Below, in pieces: positions 27,535-41,634 of a stretch of DNA of 64,000 nucleotides; within the stretch, counting starts at the first letter, position 1; each line of letters opens with the position of its first letter. A model generated the notes under the pieces. The model worked only from the letters and a program-made list of their open reading frames with translations, was not told the DNA's origin and searched no databases. The stretch covers positions 1,004-65,003 of the forward strand of contig SKFT01000110.1 of the NCBI GenBank assembly GCA_007117865.1. Direction: 5' to 3'. A program made the translations under genes and the position numbers. The stretch is from Puniceicoccaceae bacterium (GTDB lineage: Bacteria > Verrucomicrobiota > Verrucomicrobiia > Opitutales > Coraliomargaritaceae).

Positions 27535-29223
27535 AGCTTCTGGTAAACGCACATTGGCATCGCGTAAAGCATTGCTCAGCTCCAACAACAGAGCCTGGCG
27601 GTCGGTTGCAAAGATGAAGCGGTCGCTGCCTAGGCTGCGGTAGGCTTCTGCGATGACGCTGGTCGATGGGCGACGCATTGACAGAAGGCGGCGCAGCAGA
27701 TGGGGGACCTCGGTTGAATTCCCAAGAGCGATCTCAATGCTGATCAGCTCAGTCAAAGCCGACTGATTGCCGGGATTGCGGCGGTAGGCAGTTGACAGCA
27801 CCCGTTGGGCTTCGTGAGGACGACTGATGTTTTCTAATCGACGAGCGACTGCGAGGAAGGTCTGCACCCTTACATCTTCGGCATTGAGGAAGTTTTGCAG
27901 GTAAATTTGTCCCAAGTCCTCGCGTCCAACCGCAAAACTGGCAACAGCGCGCAGGCTATTGAAGATGGAACTACGGGATTCCAGCCAAGCTGGATTTTCG
28001 ACAACCAATTCATCGGCAAACTGGGTCGCGCCCGAGTAGTCCTTTGAGACGATATGTGCTTCTATTAGCAGAAGTGCGAATGCGCTGTTCATGTAATCAT
28101 TCTCGAGTGCCAGCTGATAGGTGCGGCGGGCGAGATTAATATTGCCGGTATCGGCGGCAAAGTTGGCCAGCGATGTAATGGCTGCTTCGTCCTCCCGGAA
28201 CTGGCGAAGGATCTGGATTGCCTCGCGTTCCGCACGTTCATCGTCACCACTGGCCTTGTAAATATACAACAACTCGACACGCGGAGCGACTGCCAAGGGA
28301 TTGGTGGCACTGCGCAGAATGGCATAGCGTCGGGCGCGGTCCAAATTATTTTCTTCACGGTGGTAACGGCTGAGTTGGAGTATGATGGGCTCGCTGTTTG
28401 GGAATTGCCTAAGGGCATCTTCCAATTGATTGATGGCTGTGTTTCTGTGGCCGCGATCCCAGTTAATTTGGGCAGTGAGCAAGACCCCCTCGACGGCGCT
28501 GCTCAGTTCATAATCGCGCAAATAGGCTTCAGCGCGATCAAAATTGCCCCGGTAATGATTTGCCCGTGCTGCGCCAAAAGCCAGGATTTGGTTAAATGCT
28601 TTTTGTTGTCCCTTGCGTCCCGGCACGATGTATCGATCCGCTATTTCCTGCATTTTCTCATCCATTTGATGGCGCAGAAGGAGTCCTACTGTGCGGCGAA
28701 GGAAATCCACGTCCTCATTACCTCCGAAGCGCAGACCATCAATCATGGCTTCGGCGGCGAGATCCTGTCTGCGCCAGCCAAATTCGTATATTTCGGCAAG
28801 CACGGTGCGTCCTTGCAAATGACTGGGTGCCCGCAGGATTCCCACGCGCAATTTATTGAAAGCCGATCTGCCATCGCCGCGTTCCAAAGCCGCCAAGCCC
28901 TCCTCGATGTGGAAAGTGCCCATTTCAACGCGATGGCTATCAAGGCGAAACGGCAGGGTAATCATGTTGGAGAAAGTAACATCGGCAAAATCGTGTTGGT
29001 ATTTGAAATAAAAATAGAGCAATGCTGCCACACTGACCCAGGAGCCTACGAAAAGGAAGCACATCAGAGCGATGATACGCCCCCAGCGGAAGCCCAGAAT
29101 CATTCTGCCCTGTGCGTTACGGCGCTGAACCATAAAGCCCAATAAAACAGGACGTTCCCGGGGCGTGGTGGGTGATTTCACCGATACATTGTTGGCAGGT
29201 GGAGGTATTTTATGGGTGGTCAT
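27532..29223 (-). CDS. TPR-repeat protein with an N-terminal membrane anchor
   Basis: TM helix IIALMCFLFVGSWVSVAALLYFYF followed by multiple TPR-like A/L/Y-periodic repeats. Confidence 0.6.
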   Translation of the reverse strand: MTTHKIPPPANNVSVKSPTTPRERPVLLGFMVQRRNAQGRMILGFRWGRIIALMCFLFVGSWVSVAALLYFYFKYQHDFADVTFSNMITLPFRLDSHRVEMGTFHIEEGLAALERGDGRSAFNKLRVGILRAPSHLQGRTVLAEIYEFGWRRQDLAAEAMIDGLRFGGNEDVDFLRRTVGLLLRHQMDEKMQEIADRYIVPGRKGQQKAFNQILAFGAARANHYRGNFDRAEAYLRDYELSSAVEGVLLTAQINWDRGHRNTAINQLEDALRQFPNSEPIILQLSRYHREENNLDRARRYAILRSATNPLAVAPRVELLYIYKASGDDERAEREAIQILRQFREDEAAITSLANFAADTGNINLARRTYQLALENDYMNSAFALLLIEAHIVSKDYSGATQFADELVVENPAWLESRSSIFNSLRAVASFAVGREDLGQIYLQNFLNAEDVRVQTFLAVARRLENISRPHEAQRVLSTAYRRNPGNQSALTELISIEIALGNSTEVPHLLRRLLSMRRPSTSVIAEAYRSLGSDRFIFATDRQALLLELSNALRDANVRLPEA

Positions 29224-29280
29224 TATACAATAGGGTGAATAACAAATATTTGGACTGATGGTTGTGACAGGTGTTCCATC

Positions 29281-30807
29281 TTAATTGGCGGCAATAAGTT
29301 GTTGGCGATTGGGTTGGGTTTGTTTTCTTGCGGCAATTGCCCACTGGTAAACATTTTCGTAGGCAGCGGCGGAACGATCCCAGGAAAAATCCTGACTCAT
29401 GGCATTTTGCTGTAGTTGTTGGAGAGCCTCAGGCGAATCATAGAAAGTGGCGCAAGCCCAGCCGATGGTGTCATATAATCCACCCGCAGTGGGATCGCGA
29501 AACACAAAGCCAGTGCCACTGCGCGAGGCTTCATTAAATGACTCTACGGTATCGTGCAAGCCGCCTGTGTCGCGCACAACCGGTAGCGTACCGTAGCGCA
29601 TAGCGTAAATTTGGCTGAGGCCACAAGGTTCAAAGCGGGAAGGCATGATGAGGAAGTCGGAGCCGGCAATGAGGGTATGGGCGAGGCGATTGTCGAAGCC
29701 AAGGAAAACGCCCAGCTGGCCGGGAAATCTCTCAGCCAAGCGGGCAAAGGTATTTTCGAGTAAAGGATCGCCAGTGCCAATCAGCGCAATTTGAATCTCC
29801 ATGGATGCAAGCAAACGGGGCACAATGGTGGCCAGTAAATCCAATCCCTTTTGATCAACCAGTCTGGAGACGACTCCGAAGAGAGGTATTTTGTTATTTT
29901 CCGCTAACTGGAAATGGCATTGCAATGCGTGTTTGCAAATGGCTTTGCCGGAGAGATCGGCGGCGCTAAAAGTCGCGGGAATGAGCGTGTCGGACTGAGG
30001 ATTCCATTCGTCGGTATCGATGCCGTTGAGGATGCCGATCAAGTCGCCCGCGCGAAAGCGAAGCAGCGGATCGAGTCCACAACCACCAGGTGAGGATTGG
30101 ATTTCGCGGGCATAAGTTGGGCTGACGGTAGTGATTTTACTGGCGTTGTAGAGACCGCCCTTGAGCAGGTTTAGGTTGCCATAACTCTCCAGGCAATCGC
30201 TGCGGAAGGTGGATTCAGGCAAGCCCGCGTAGCGCAGCACTGCGTGCGGGCAAAAGCCCTGATGTTGCATATTGTGAAGGGTCAATACCGTTGCGCACTG
30301 TGCAATGGGATCCTCTGCCAGAGTCGTATTCAGGTAAACTGGCAGTAGGGCGGTCGGCCAATCGTGCAGATGGAAAATATCGGGAGTCCACTGTAAATAA
30401 GCGCACAAGTCGATAGCCGCGCGATTAAAGAAGGCAAAGCGGTAGCCATTATCAGCATCACTACCGCTGGGACCGGTGTAGACGGATTCGCTGTCAAAAA
30501 AGGCGTTGTGCTCAATACAGTAGAGCGGCACCCCAGAATCCGGCAGGGTGGTGTGCCAAACTCTGCCGTAGGCAGTTGCCTCGCCCATGTGAACAACCAA
30601 AGGTTGCAGGCCAGGCTTGGGTTCGTGCAAGCCCTTCAGGTTTTTATAGCGGGGCAATACGATACGCACATCATGGCCCATTTTGTGGAGGACTTTAGCC
30701 AATGAAGCCACAACATCAGCCAAGCCACCGACTTTAACAACGGGTGTTACTTCTGGCGTAACCATTAAAATGCGCATGGATTGCTTCTTTTTGGAAGGAC
30801 TCATCAA
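29281..30807 (-). CDS. glgA: Glycogen (starch) synthase
   Basis: MRILMVTPEVTPVVKVGGLADVV (KxGGL motif) and a C-terminal GT-B core (PSRFEPCGLSQIYAMRYGTLPVV). The true start may be the internal ATG at 30777. Confidence 0.9.
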   Translation of the reverse strand: MMSPSKKKQSMRILMVTPEVTPVVKVGGLADVVASLAKVLHKMGHDVRIVLPRYKNLKGLHEPKPGLQPLVVHMGEATAYGRVWHTTLPDSGVPLYCIEHNAFFDSESVYTGPSGSDADNGYRFAFFNRAAIDLCAYLQWTPDIFHLHDWPTALLPVYLNTTLAEDPIAQCATVLTLHNMQHQGFCPHAVLRYAGLPESTFRSDCLESYGNLNLLKGGLYNASKITTVSPTYAREIQSSPGGCGLDPLLRFRAGDLIGILNGIDTDEWNPQSDTLIPATFSAADLSGKAICKHALQCHFQLAENNKIPLFGVVSRLVDQKGLDLLATIVPRLLASMEIQIALIGTGDPLLENTFARLAERFPGQLGVFLGFDNRLAHTLIAGSDFLIMPSRFEPCGLSQIYAMRYGTLPVVRDTGGLHDTVESFNEASRSGTGFVFRDPTAGGLYDTIGWACATFYDSPEALQQLQQNAMSQDFSWDRSAAAYENVYQWAIAARKQTQPNRQQLIAAN

Positions 30808-30836
30808 ATGAAAATCGGTAAAAAATCAGTATCCAC

Positions 30837-31856
30837 TCAGGCATTCAGTCCCAGGCGTTTATGCAGGTTAAAAAGCGGCAGGAGGGCAAGTAGTCCGATA
30901 CTGGTAACGATCAAAATGAGAAAACCAGTCACATCGTGGACGCTACCGATATCGCCAAAGAGGGGCAGGTGCCAATGATCATTAAGCGCATCCGAGCCAC
31001 GGCTATAGGCCCAATAAGTTAAAAACAAACTACGGATAAAATTGGTGATCAGAGCGAAAAACATGGCCAGGCCAACCAGTAGGATTTTTTTCCAAAATCG
31101 ATCCAAAAAGACGGCGCCGAGAAAAGACCCGGCGAACAGGCAGGCGGTAAGTGAGCGAATACCGGAGCAGGCCTCTTCCACCCCGACCCGACCCTCTGGC
31201 AGTATCAGGACGTTACCTTCGCGAATCAGCGGATGGCCGAGGATATCGAAAGTATTGAAAACGACAACAGTAACCTGAGTCAACAAGGCCACACGGATAC
31301 GGGTTTCCAGCACCGAAACCATGGGCGCGGAGAGCATCCAAATCATAGCAGGAAAGAGAAACAGGCAGGTAATGGCTAGTCGTGCGTGCAAGGTGCGAGG
31401 GTTGCCGTGGGGAGTTTTTTCGCTGAGAAAGAAGACCGTGCTCAAAACCAGTCCGGCAAAACCCGTGGAAAGTGCGAGTGAGGCAGGATTTTCCGGGCCC
31501 GCGACGGATCGCAATAGCGCGCCGATAGCAAAAAGGATAAGTGAACCGAGCCAGCCGAGGGTAAAAGCAAGTGTTACCAAGCGGGTTAGCGGGTAGGGTT
31601 CCCCGGTATTGCTTTCTTTGGCAATGGGTTGAAAGAAATAGCGCTTAATGGTTGGCCACCGGTCGAATAGGACGTAGGCGACAAAGAATGGAACCAGATA
31701 GCCAAAACTGTAGTCTTCACGATCGCCCCACCAGAAAAACTGATCCCAAATGACGAACGCCATGGCCGCAGCGAGAAGGATGGCAGCAAAGAGAAACGGC
31801 TTTGGTAGGTCACCAACAGGCATTTTTAGTCCTTGTTCAGAAGTGGAAATAGGCAT
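30837..31856 (-). CDS. Exosortase-family transpeptidase (polytopic membrane protein)
   Basis: DYSFGYLVPFFVAYVLF (YSHG-like motif), catalytic-Cys motif VEEACSGIRSL, a later conserved His region, and about 8 TM segments. Confidence 0.75.
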   Translation of the reverse strand: MPISTSEQGLKMPVGDLPKPFLFAAILLAAAMAFVIWDQFFWWGDREDYSFGYLVPFFVAYVLFDRWPTIKRYFFQPIAKESNTGEPYPLTRLVTLAFTLGWLGSLILFAIGALLRSVAGPENPASLALSTGFAGLVLSTVFFLSEKTPHGNPRTLHARLAITCLFLFPAMIWMLSAPMVSVLETRIRVALLTQVTVVVFNTFDILGHPLIREGNVLILPEGRVGVEEACSGIRSLTACLFAGSFLGAVFLDRFWKKILLVGLAMFFALITNFIRSLFLTYWAYSRGSDALNDHWHLPLFGDIGSVHDVTGFLILIVTSIGLLALLPLFNLHKRLGLNA

Positions 31857-31943
31857 TGTCTCAATTGGGCGTAAAAAAATTGCTACGTGAAATTGGTTGA
31901 TTTGAAGTTAAATTGCAACCCTGCAAAAGAATAACCAAATACA

Positions 31944-32393
31944 TTGACAGCAAAACAGAAAAAGGTTCTGTCTTTTTTTGTGCGAAAGCTAAAGCGCAGG
32001 CATCAAGAAGCAGAAGATTTCCAAATGGCACCCATGATTGACATGGTTTTCCTGTTATTGGTTTTTTTCATGACGGTAGCGACGGTGGCGCAGAGTCAGC
32101 GGCGAGTGGAGTTGGATTTACCTGAATCGTTCGAGAGCAAGGTGCCGGAGGATGTCTCTGGACGTGGCATTTTATCGGTCGATGCCGAGGGCAACTACTT
32201 TGTTGGAGATCAGCGGATGGCGTTGGAGGAAATCGCGCTGGCGATTCGCTCCCGCATCCGTGAGCAACCCGATTTGAGAGTGCAGGTCCGAGCCGATCGC
32301 GCATCCGAGTTTGGAGCCATTCAAGCCTTGTTGCGAACCGCTGCTGAGGCCGGCGCGTTCGAGATCATTTACGCGACTTACGAGGGACGTTGA
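31944..32393 (+). CDS. ExbD/TolR-family biopolymer transport protein
   Basis: MAPMIDMVFLLLVFFMTV anchor and an ExbD periplasmic domain. TTG start in the track. Confidence 0.8.
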   Translation: MTAKQKKVLSFFVRKLKRRHQEAEDFQMAPMIDMVFLLLVFFMTVATVAQSQRRVELDLPESFESKVPEDVSGRGILSVDAEGNYFVGDQRMALEEIALAIRSRIREQPDLRVQVRADRASEFGAIQALLRTAAEAGAFEIIYATYEGR

Positions 32394-32848
32394 GGAATAC
32401 AGGGAAAATGGCACGACTTAAGAAAAAGCCTGGTGACAAACCACAGATTGCAATAGCGCCGCTGATAGATGCGGTTTTTTTGCTATTGATCTATTTTATG
32501 GTTACCTCGTCGCTGGAGCGGCAGGAGGCAGATCTTTCGTTTCAACTGCCCGGAACGGTGGAGCAGGACGAACCGATGGATTTGCCGGATGAACAAATCA
32601 TTGAAATCCGTGCCGATGGTCAAGTTGTGGTCAACGAATTTCCCTATGATGCCCCGGGTGCGGTGCGTTTGCGTGAGTTGCAGGCTATGCTGACGCGTTT
32701 TCGCGAAGCCAGTGAAGCCAATCGCACCCTTGCGCAAGTCACCATTGCGCCGGATGCGCAGGCCCGCCATGAAACGATCATTCGGGTAATGGACGCCATC
32801 TCCGCAGCCGGTATTTCCGGGGTGAATTTTGCACTCGAAGATTTCTAG
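32390..32848 (+). CDS. ExbD/TolR-family biopolymer transport protein (second copy)
   Basis: IAIAPLIDAVFLLLIYFMVTSS. It overlaps the preceding ExbD by 4 nt. Confidence 0.8.
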   Translation: MRNTGKMARLKKKPGDKPQIAIAPLIDAVFLLLIYFMVTSSLERQEADLSFQLPGTVEQDEPMDLPDEQIIEIRADGQVVVNEFPYDAPGAVRLRELQAMLTRFREASEANRTLAQVTIAPDAQARHETIIRVMDAISAAGISGVNFALEDF

Positions 32849-32891
32849 CAGTCTGACGGGCTGCCAGAGTTCTCCTCATTAGGCAAATGGA

Positions 32892-35621
32892 TCAGCCCGT
32901 GGTGCGCAGTCCACTTGCAATTGCATTGATTACCAACAGCAGCCTTTCGAGCGTGTCCTCATCCGCCTTGGCAGTGTTTTGGCGGAATATCTGCAAGAGT
33001 CTAATCTGTTCGGCGTGGAGGCTGGACAGGGCAGTATCACGGGCGGCCAAGGTGCGCATGAAGCGGGGTCTGCGTTCTTGAATGGGTCTTTTAAAGAGAT
33101 GCCGCAAGTGTTTCAGCGCAATTTTTCTTTCGTTTATAATCGTGCGCAGGAAGCGTTTGCCAACCGCCTGTGGATTGACCAATGCTGCGTAGGCTTTCAT
33201 CCACTCTTCATCCGAGCTTGCGAGACTGCTTTCAACGTTGACAAAGACATAGCGCAAGAAGCGACTTTGGTTCATTAGGCGGCGCAGTTTCCGATAATCC
33301 CCAGGATGATTTTTTTGCAAGTATTCGAGAGCGCTGCCAGCGCCAAACCAACCCGGAAGGTAGAAACGGGATTGATTCCAGCTGAAGACCCAGGGAATGG
33401 CTCTGAGGTCTCCGAGGTCCGCCTTGCCGGTGCGACGTGAAGGACGTGAGCCGATCCGACTTAATTCAATCGCATCGATCGGCGTGGCCTGGCGAAAGAA
33501 GGTCATGAAGTCATCCGCCTCGATCAGTTGACGAAATGCCTTGCGTGAATGGTGTGCCAGGCATTCAAAAACACCTTCAACGGCATGGTCCAACTCGATA
33601 TGGGAGCTATCCAGGCCACCCATCAGGCGGGCGCCCAGACTGCCAGCCAAAAGGTATTCCAAATTGCTCACTGCAGTTTCCGGAACGTTGTATTTTTGGC
33701 CAATTACTTCGCCTTGTTCGGTTATTCGCAGTCCGCCGCGCAAGGCTCCCGCTGGCAGTGCTTCGAGGAAGCGGTGAGTTGGACCCGCGCCGCGACCGAT
33801 GGTACCGCCGCGCCCATGAAAGAAGCAAATTCCCGTGTGATGCTTGTCGCCAATAGTCAACAGCGCCCGCTCGGTTTTGTGCAGAGCCCACTGGCTGGCA
33901 AGGATCCCGGCATCCTTGTTGCTATCGCTGTAGCCGAGCATAATCATCTGCAACGGTTTGCCATTCTGTTCCGCCAGAGTGGCGCGGTGGCAAGGGTTTT
34001 GCAGCAGGGCATCGACAATGCCGGGAGCCGCTTCCAAATCAGCAAACGTTTCGAATAGAGGCACAACAGGCAGTGCCGACTTTACCTGGTTCTTTTCGAT
34101 CCGGGTAAGGCCCGATTCCTTCCCCAATACGTATACGATCAATAAATCCGCCAGAGAGCGTGTCATGCTAACAATCAGCACGCCCAAGCCATCGCTGCCG
34201 TAGGCGTCGATATGCTCGCGCAGGACTGAAAACGTTGCCCGCACCTCGGCAGCGGTTTCCGGCAAGGGCATGGAAGGGTGGATCAGAGGTCGTGGCTGGC
34301 GGAGTTCTCGTTCCAGAAAAGCCACTTTTTGCGGCACATCCCAATCGGCAAACGTATTGGCTTCCTGCATGCCGGCGGCTTGCAGCATTTCTACCAGGGC
34401 ACGTTCGTAGGTGGTGCTATTTTGGCGAATATCGAGGCGGGCCAAGTGTAGTCCGGCACAGTTTAAATAACGCAGCAGTGGATCGATATGCCTTTGACAG
34501 ATCCGGCGGGCACCAATGGCATTCAATGCTGTGGAAATGCTCAGTAGTCGGTCTTCGAGTTCATCCCGCGACAAGTTGGGGGAGGCCTCTGCCAAAGCGA
34601 TGACGTAGTAGCGCCAAGGTTCCTGGCGATGGGTGTCAATTTTCCAGTTATTCAAATCGCTGGTAAGATTCTGTGGCAGCGCCAAAATGTTTTCATGAAA
34701 AGTCATGGCCGAAGCCAGCTTCAGCAACTCATTGCGGATGACCTTCTGGGCGGCCGAGCGTTGCCTTTCGAGCGTTTGCTGTGTGACAGCGGCGGTGACC
34801 AGAGGATGGCCATCACGATCACCACCTACCCACGAACCGAATCGCAGCACGGGTAGATCGGTGGCAGCCAGTGGCTGTGCCTGTGGCCAAGTTTGCTTCC
34901 AGGCATGCTGCAAACGCATATCGCTTTCGCCATGGATGGTTGGAAAGACTTCACTGAGAAAATACAAAACGTATTCGCGCTCCTCTTCCACGGTAGGTTT
35001 TTCCGAATACGTTTCTCCGGTCAGCCAAAGTTGTTCCAACAAACTCCGCATATGGGTTTGGCATTGCTCAATTTCCATAGCGGTGGCAGCGTTTTCGCGC
35101 TGTTTCAGGGTTTGCACGATCGAGCGGTGGAGACGCAAGACCGACCAACGCTTGGCCTCTGTGGGGTGCTTGGTGAAAACCGGTTCCACGCAGGTTGAGC
35201 GCAGCGCCTCTCGGACCGTAGCGGAATCGACACCAGCTGCGGATAAATGGCTAAAGTAATGGAGCCACTGTCCCGCTTCAGCAGAGAGGGGCGATTGGGC
35301 TTCGCGCTGTTTGCGGACTTTATTGGCGACGTATTCCTCGGCCAGATTCAGAAGCTGTAAACAAAATGACAGGACTTGAGGGACGGTTTTACCGTCTGGC
35401 AGTCGTTTCCCTTTCCGCAGCTTGGCATGTTCGGATAGCGTATTGTGCTTTTCTGCTTTGGTATTTAAAAAAACACTACAGACGAACGCGGCGTCGGGTT
35501 CCTTCAAGTCAGTTAAAACATGTTGAAAAACCAGGATCAAATATTGGTGGATTGTGTCGACCTCTTTCAGGCCGGAGCGAACGGTAGATACAAAACTGGT
35601 GTGATTAGTCCGTTTATTCAT
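32892..35621 (-). CDS. ppc: Phosphoenolpyruvate carboxylase
   Basis: VFTKHPTE, GYSDSNKDAGILAS, FHGRGGTIGRGAGP and the C-terminal IASGLRTTG. Confidence 0.95.
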   Translation of the reverse strand: MNKRTNHTSFVSTVRSGLKEVDTIHQYLILVFQHVLTDLKEPDAAFVCSVFLNTKAEKHNTLSEHAKLRKGKRLPDGKTVPQVLSFCLQLLNLAEEYVANKVRKQREAQSPLSAEAGQWLHYFSHLSAAGVDSATVREALRSTCVEPVFTKHPTEAKRWSVLRLHRSIVQTLKQRENAATAMEIEQCQTHMRSLLEQLWLTGETYSEKPTVEEEREYVLYFLSEVFPTIHGESDMRLQHAWKQTWPQAQPLAATDLPVLRFGSWVGGDRDGHPLVTAAVTQQTLERQRSAAQKVIRNELLKLASAMTFHENILALPQNLTSDLNNWKIDTHRQEPWRYYVIALAEASPNLSRDELEDRLLSISTALNAIGARRICQRHIDPLLRYLNCAGLHLARLDIRQNSTTYERALVEMLQAAGMQEANTFADWDVPQKVAFLERELRQPRPLIHPSMPLPETAAEVRATFSVLREHIDAYGSDGLGVLIVSMTRSLADLLIVYVLGKESGLTRIEKNQVKSALPVVPLFETFADLEAAPGIVDALLQNPCHRATLAEQNGKPLQMIMLGYSDSNKDAGILASQWALHKTERALLTIGDKHHTGICFFHGRGGTIGRGAGPTHRFLEALPAGALRGGLRITEQGEVIGQKYNVPETAVSNLEYLLAGSLGARLMGGLDSSHIELDHAVEGVFECLAHHSRKAFRQLIEADDFMTFFRQATPIDAIELSRIGSRPSRRTGKADLGDLRAIPWVFSWNQSRFYLPGWFGAGSALEYLQKNHPGDYRKLRRLMNQSRFLRYVFVNVESSLASSDEEWMKAYAALVNPQAVGKRFLRTIINERKIALKHLRHLFKRPIQERRPRFMRTLAARDTALSSLHAEQIRLLQIFRQNTAKADEDTLERLLLVINAIASGLRTTG

Positions 35622-35687
35622 TATTTGGCTCGAATGATAGACATGTGCAGTGGTTCAACCCTAGATAGCACTTAGCAGGACAGGAAG

Positions 35688-37060
35688 CTAGGCGGCGTCG
35701 ATATCCCGATTGGCAAGCGCTTCTTCCTTGGCGGAAAAGGTCAATATAAAGCAGCAACCGCCCTCATTACTATCCTGCAGTACCAACATGGCGTCTCTAG
35801 CTTTGGCCAGGCGATGGCAGAGTGCCAAGCCGATGCCGATTCCCTGGTTGGGTCGGCACAGCGACATATCGCGTTGCTGAAAGGGCAGAAAGACCGAGAT
35901 TTTTTCCGATTCACTAATACCAGGACCAGCATCCTCGATTATCATTTGAAAGTCATCATTATCCGCAGTCCTCAGACGGAGGGCAACAGGACCTTTGCTG
36001 GCAAATTTAACTGCGTTTTCCAACAGGTTTTCAAGCACGGTATGCAAGAGCGCATAGTCAGTGTTGAGATTCTTTGGAACGGTTTCTGCAATGTCGAGAT
36101 GAAGCGCAATGCCCCTATCGGCTAATAATCGTTTGAAATCAGCGGATTCATTTTCCAGAAAGCTGCGAATATCATCGACAGTCCAGTTGTCCGCATTGGA
36201 GCGGCGTTCGATTTCGGCAAAGGCGAGCAAGCGCTCAAAGTGTTGCTTGAGTTGTTTGGAGCCACTGAGAATGATATTCATCAGCTCCTTGAGGTCTTTG
36301 TCGTTCAACTGCTCGGCCACCATTTCGGAAGGCCCGATGATGTGATTGAGTGGCGTCATTAGCTCGTGACTAATGACGGCGAGGAAGTCGGATTTTGCGC
36401 GGCTGGCAAACTCGGCGCTTTCCTTGGCCTCGCGTAGTGCGATGGCGTCGGCTTTGCGTTTTTTCTCCTGATCCCTTTCACGCAGGCGCTGAAGCAGGAG
36501 ATAGGCGATTAGCATGGTCACCAATGGATAGAACAGAATGATACAAGGAGTGATGATCCAGTAAATTTCCGGTCCAAGATGACCGAGCATCGTGGGGATA
36601 ATTATCGCCATCGGCAGATGAGCTGTTAAGCCAAAGGCGTATAGGTGACGGGGTTGGAGCGAAGTCAGCGAGTGCTTCCATTTGTAGCGCCATAGCAATC
36701 CCACCAAGCCCGAGGTGATAATCGTTAACACACCGGGCAAAACACCCGCGCCCCCCATCTGAATCCGATAGCCGCTGGTTCCGATGATGGCAATCAGTGT
36801 TGGGATCCAACCAAAGAACAGACCGCTCACGCTCAACAATACAGTACGGGTATCAAAGAGCACGTCTGAATCAAAACGGAATGGCGCGCTCATCAGGCCA
36901 ACACCAATCAACATGAGCAATATCCCGGAAACCATTCTGCCAGGACCGATTTTTGCCAGGTAAGGCGTTTTTAATACCAGTCCAAAGAGAACGGTAAAGG
37001 CGATTAACAATGCGGTGTTTTGAATTAATGCAAAAACCGCTGAAGCAAGAAATGAATCCA

Positions 37061-37064
<4 letters not shown>
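35688..37064 (-). CDS. Sensor histidine kinase: 5TMR-LYT membrane sensor plus classical HisKA/HATPase_c, with no receiver domain
   Basis: 5TMR-LYT signature (LFDTRTVLLSVSGLFFGWIPTLIAIIGTSGYRIQMGGAG), H-box FLAVISHELMTPLNHIIG, N-box LENLLENAVKF, and G-boxes EDAGPGI / GIGIGLAL. Confidence 0.85.
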
Positions 37065-40504
<3,440 letters not shown>

Positions 40505-40667
40505 AGTGTTTTATTGATTATGATTTCATCCCTTCCTTGGCAAAAGAGACGTTTATTAGCGCAAAAGCGACAACAGAGCATGCTGCGGAGTTCATTTAGC
40601 GATTCCGCCCAACAGTTGGCAAGCTTTGACCTTGCCTCGCCGCGAAAAATTAACATTGGTTAATAGG

Positions 40668-41477
40668 ATGTCCGACTTTTACATCCGTGAACGTGATACT
40701 GAGGAAACCCGCGGACCCTACACTGTCGGCAAGTTGGCAACCTTGGTGGAGAGTGGCCAGATTGACAAGGCAACGCTTTACTACGATGAGCAGAAATCGG
40801 CATGGTTGCCACTTGGAGATTCGGCTCAGTTTGCCGAGGTACTATTTCCCGAACGTCGCAAATTGAGTTTGCGTTCCGAGGCTGAGCCGACGGAAAAAGC
40901 CGACAAAGAAAAAGCGACTGGAGCCGTCAGCGTTGAGGCACCGGGGCCGGACGTCAGTGAAATGCTCGCCGCTGCTGAGGGTCGCACTGAAGATACGCGT
41001 CATTTAAAAAAACGTCAGCGCAGCGCCGAGGCTGCGGCACGCTACCTTTGTCCGGTGATGGGGCTTGCCTTTGTCATGAGTGGCTTTTCCTTGCTGTATC
41101 CGAATTTGGATTTCTTGCTGGAGCTTTTCGTCAATCGTCAGTGGGGGAATTTGTTGCAGGCGCCATTTGTATGGTTTGGGGTAGTGGATCTGTTCATTGC
41201 CCTGTGTTGTTTTTTAGCTGTGACTGAGATTTTTCCTTTTGTGCGTGCGCGGGCAGCGCTGGGATTCGGTTTTGGTCTGTATGTGGGCTGGGCCACTGGC
41301 GACAGTTTGTATTTGCTGGCGATGGTCATTGCGATGGTGGGCGCATGGTTAGCTACCTGCACGCAGCGAATGGGGCTGATGTTGATCGCATTCATGGGGA
41401 TGCTGGCTGGTTTTGGCTTGCTCACCTGGATGGCATTGTCCGGACGCTTTGAAATCCTTTACGGTCCTTTAAACTAG
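40668..41477 (+). CDS. GYF_2 (DUF4339) domain protein with C-terminal TM segments
   Basis: FYIRERDTEETRGPYTVGKLATLVESGQIDKATLYYDEQKSAWLPLGD, followed by several hydrophobic helices. Confidence 0.6.
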   Translation: MSDFYIRERDTEETRGPYTVGKLATLVESGQIDKATLYYDEQKSAWLPLGDSAQFAEVLFPERRKLSLRSEAEPTEKADKEKATGAVSVEAPGPDVSEMLAAAEGRTEDTRHLKKRQRSAEAAARYLCPVMGLAFVMSGFSLLYPNLDFLLELFVNRQWGNLLQAPFVWFGVVDLFIALCCFLAVTEIFPFVRARAALGFGFGLYVGWATGDSLYLLAMVIAMVGAWLATCTQRMGLMLIAFMGMLAGFGLLTWMALSGRFEILYGPLN

Positions 41478-41634
41478 TGCCCAATTGTAAAAATATGCGT
41501 ATAGTCTGTGTACTTGGAGCGTGTTGCGGTTGATTTTCTGCGGTATGCCTGAACGTCTGTCGTCCCTCTGTAAGAAGAATTCGAGCGATTTTTTTTGACT
41601 TCTCTCAGGTTATTCACAACTTGTATTTCATTAT

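Noticed and set aside
28360-29145. 261-aa plus-strand ORF opposite the TPR protein gene
   Set aside because: The minus-strand product has clear TPR periodicity and a membrane anchor. The plus-strand product has no recognisable features.
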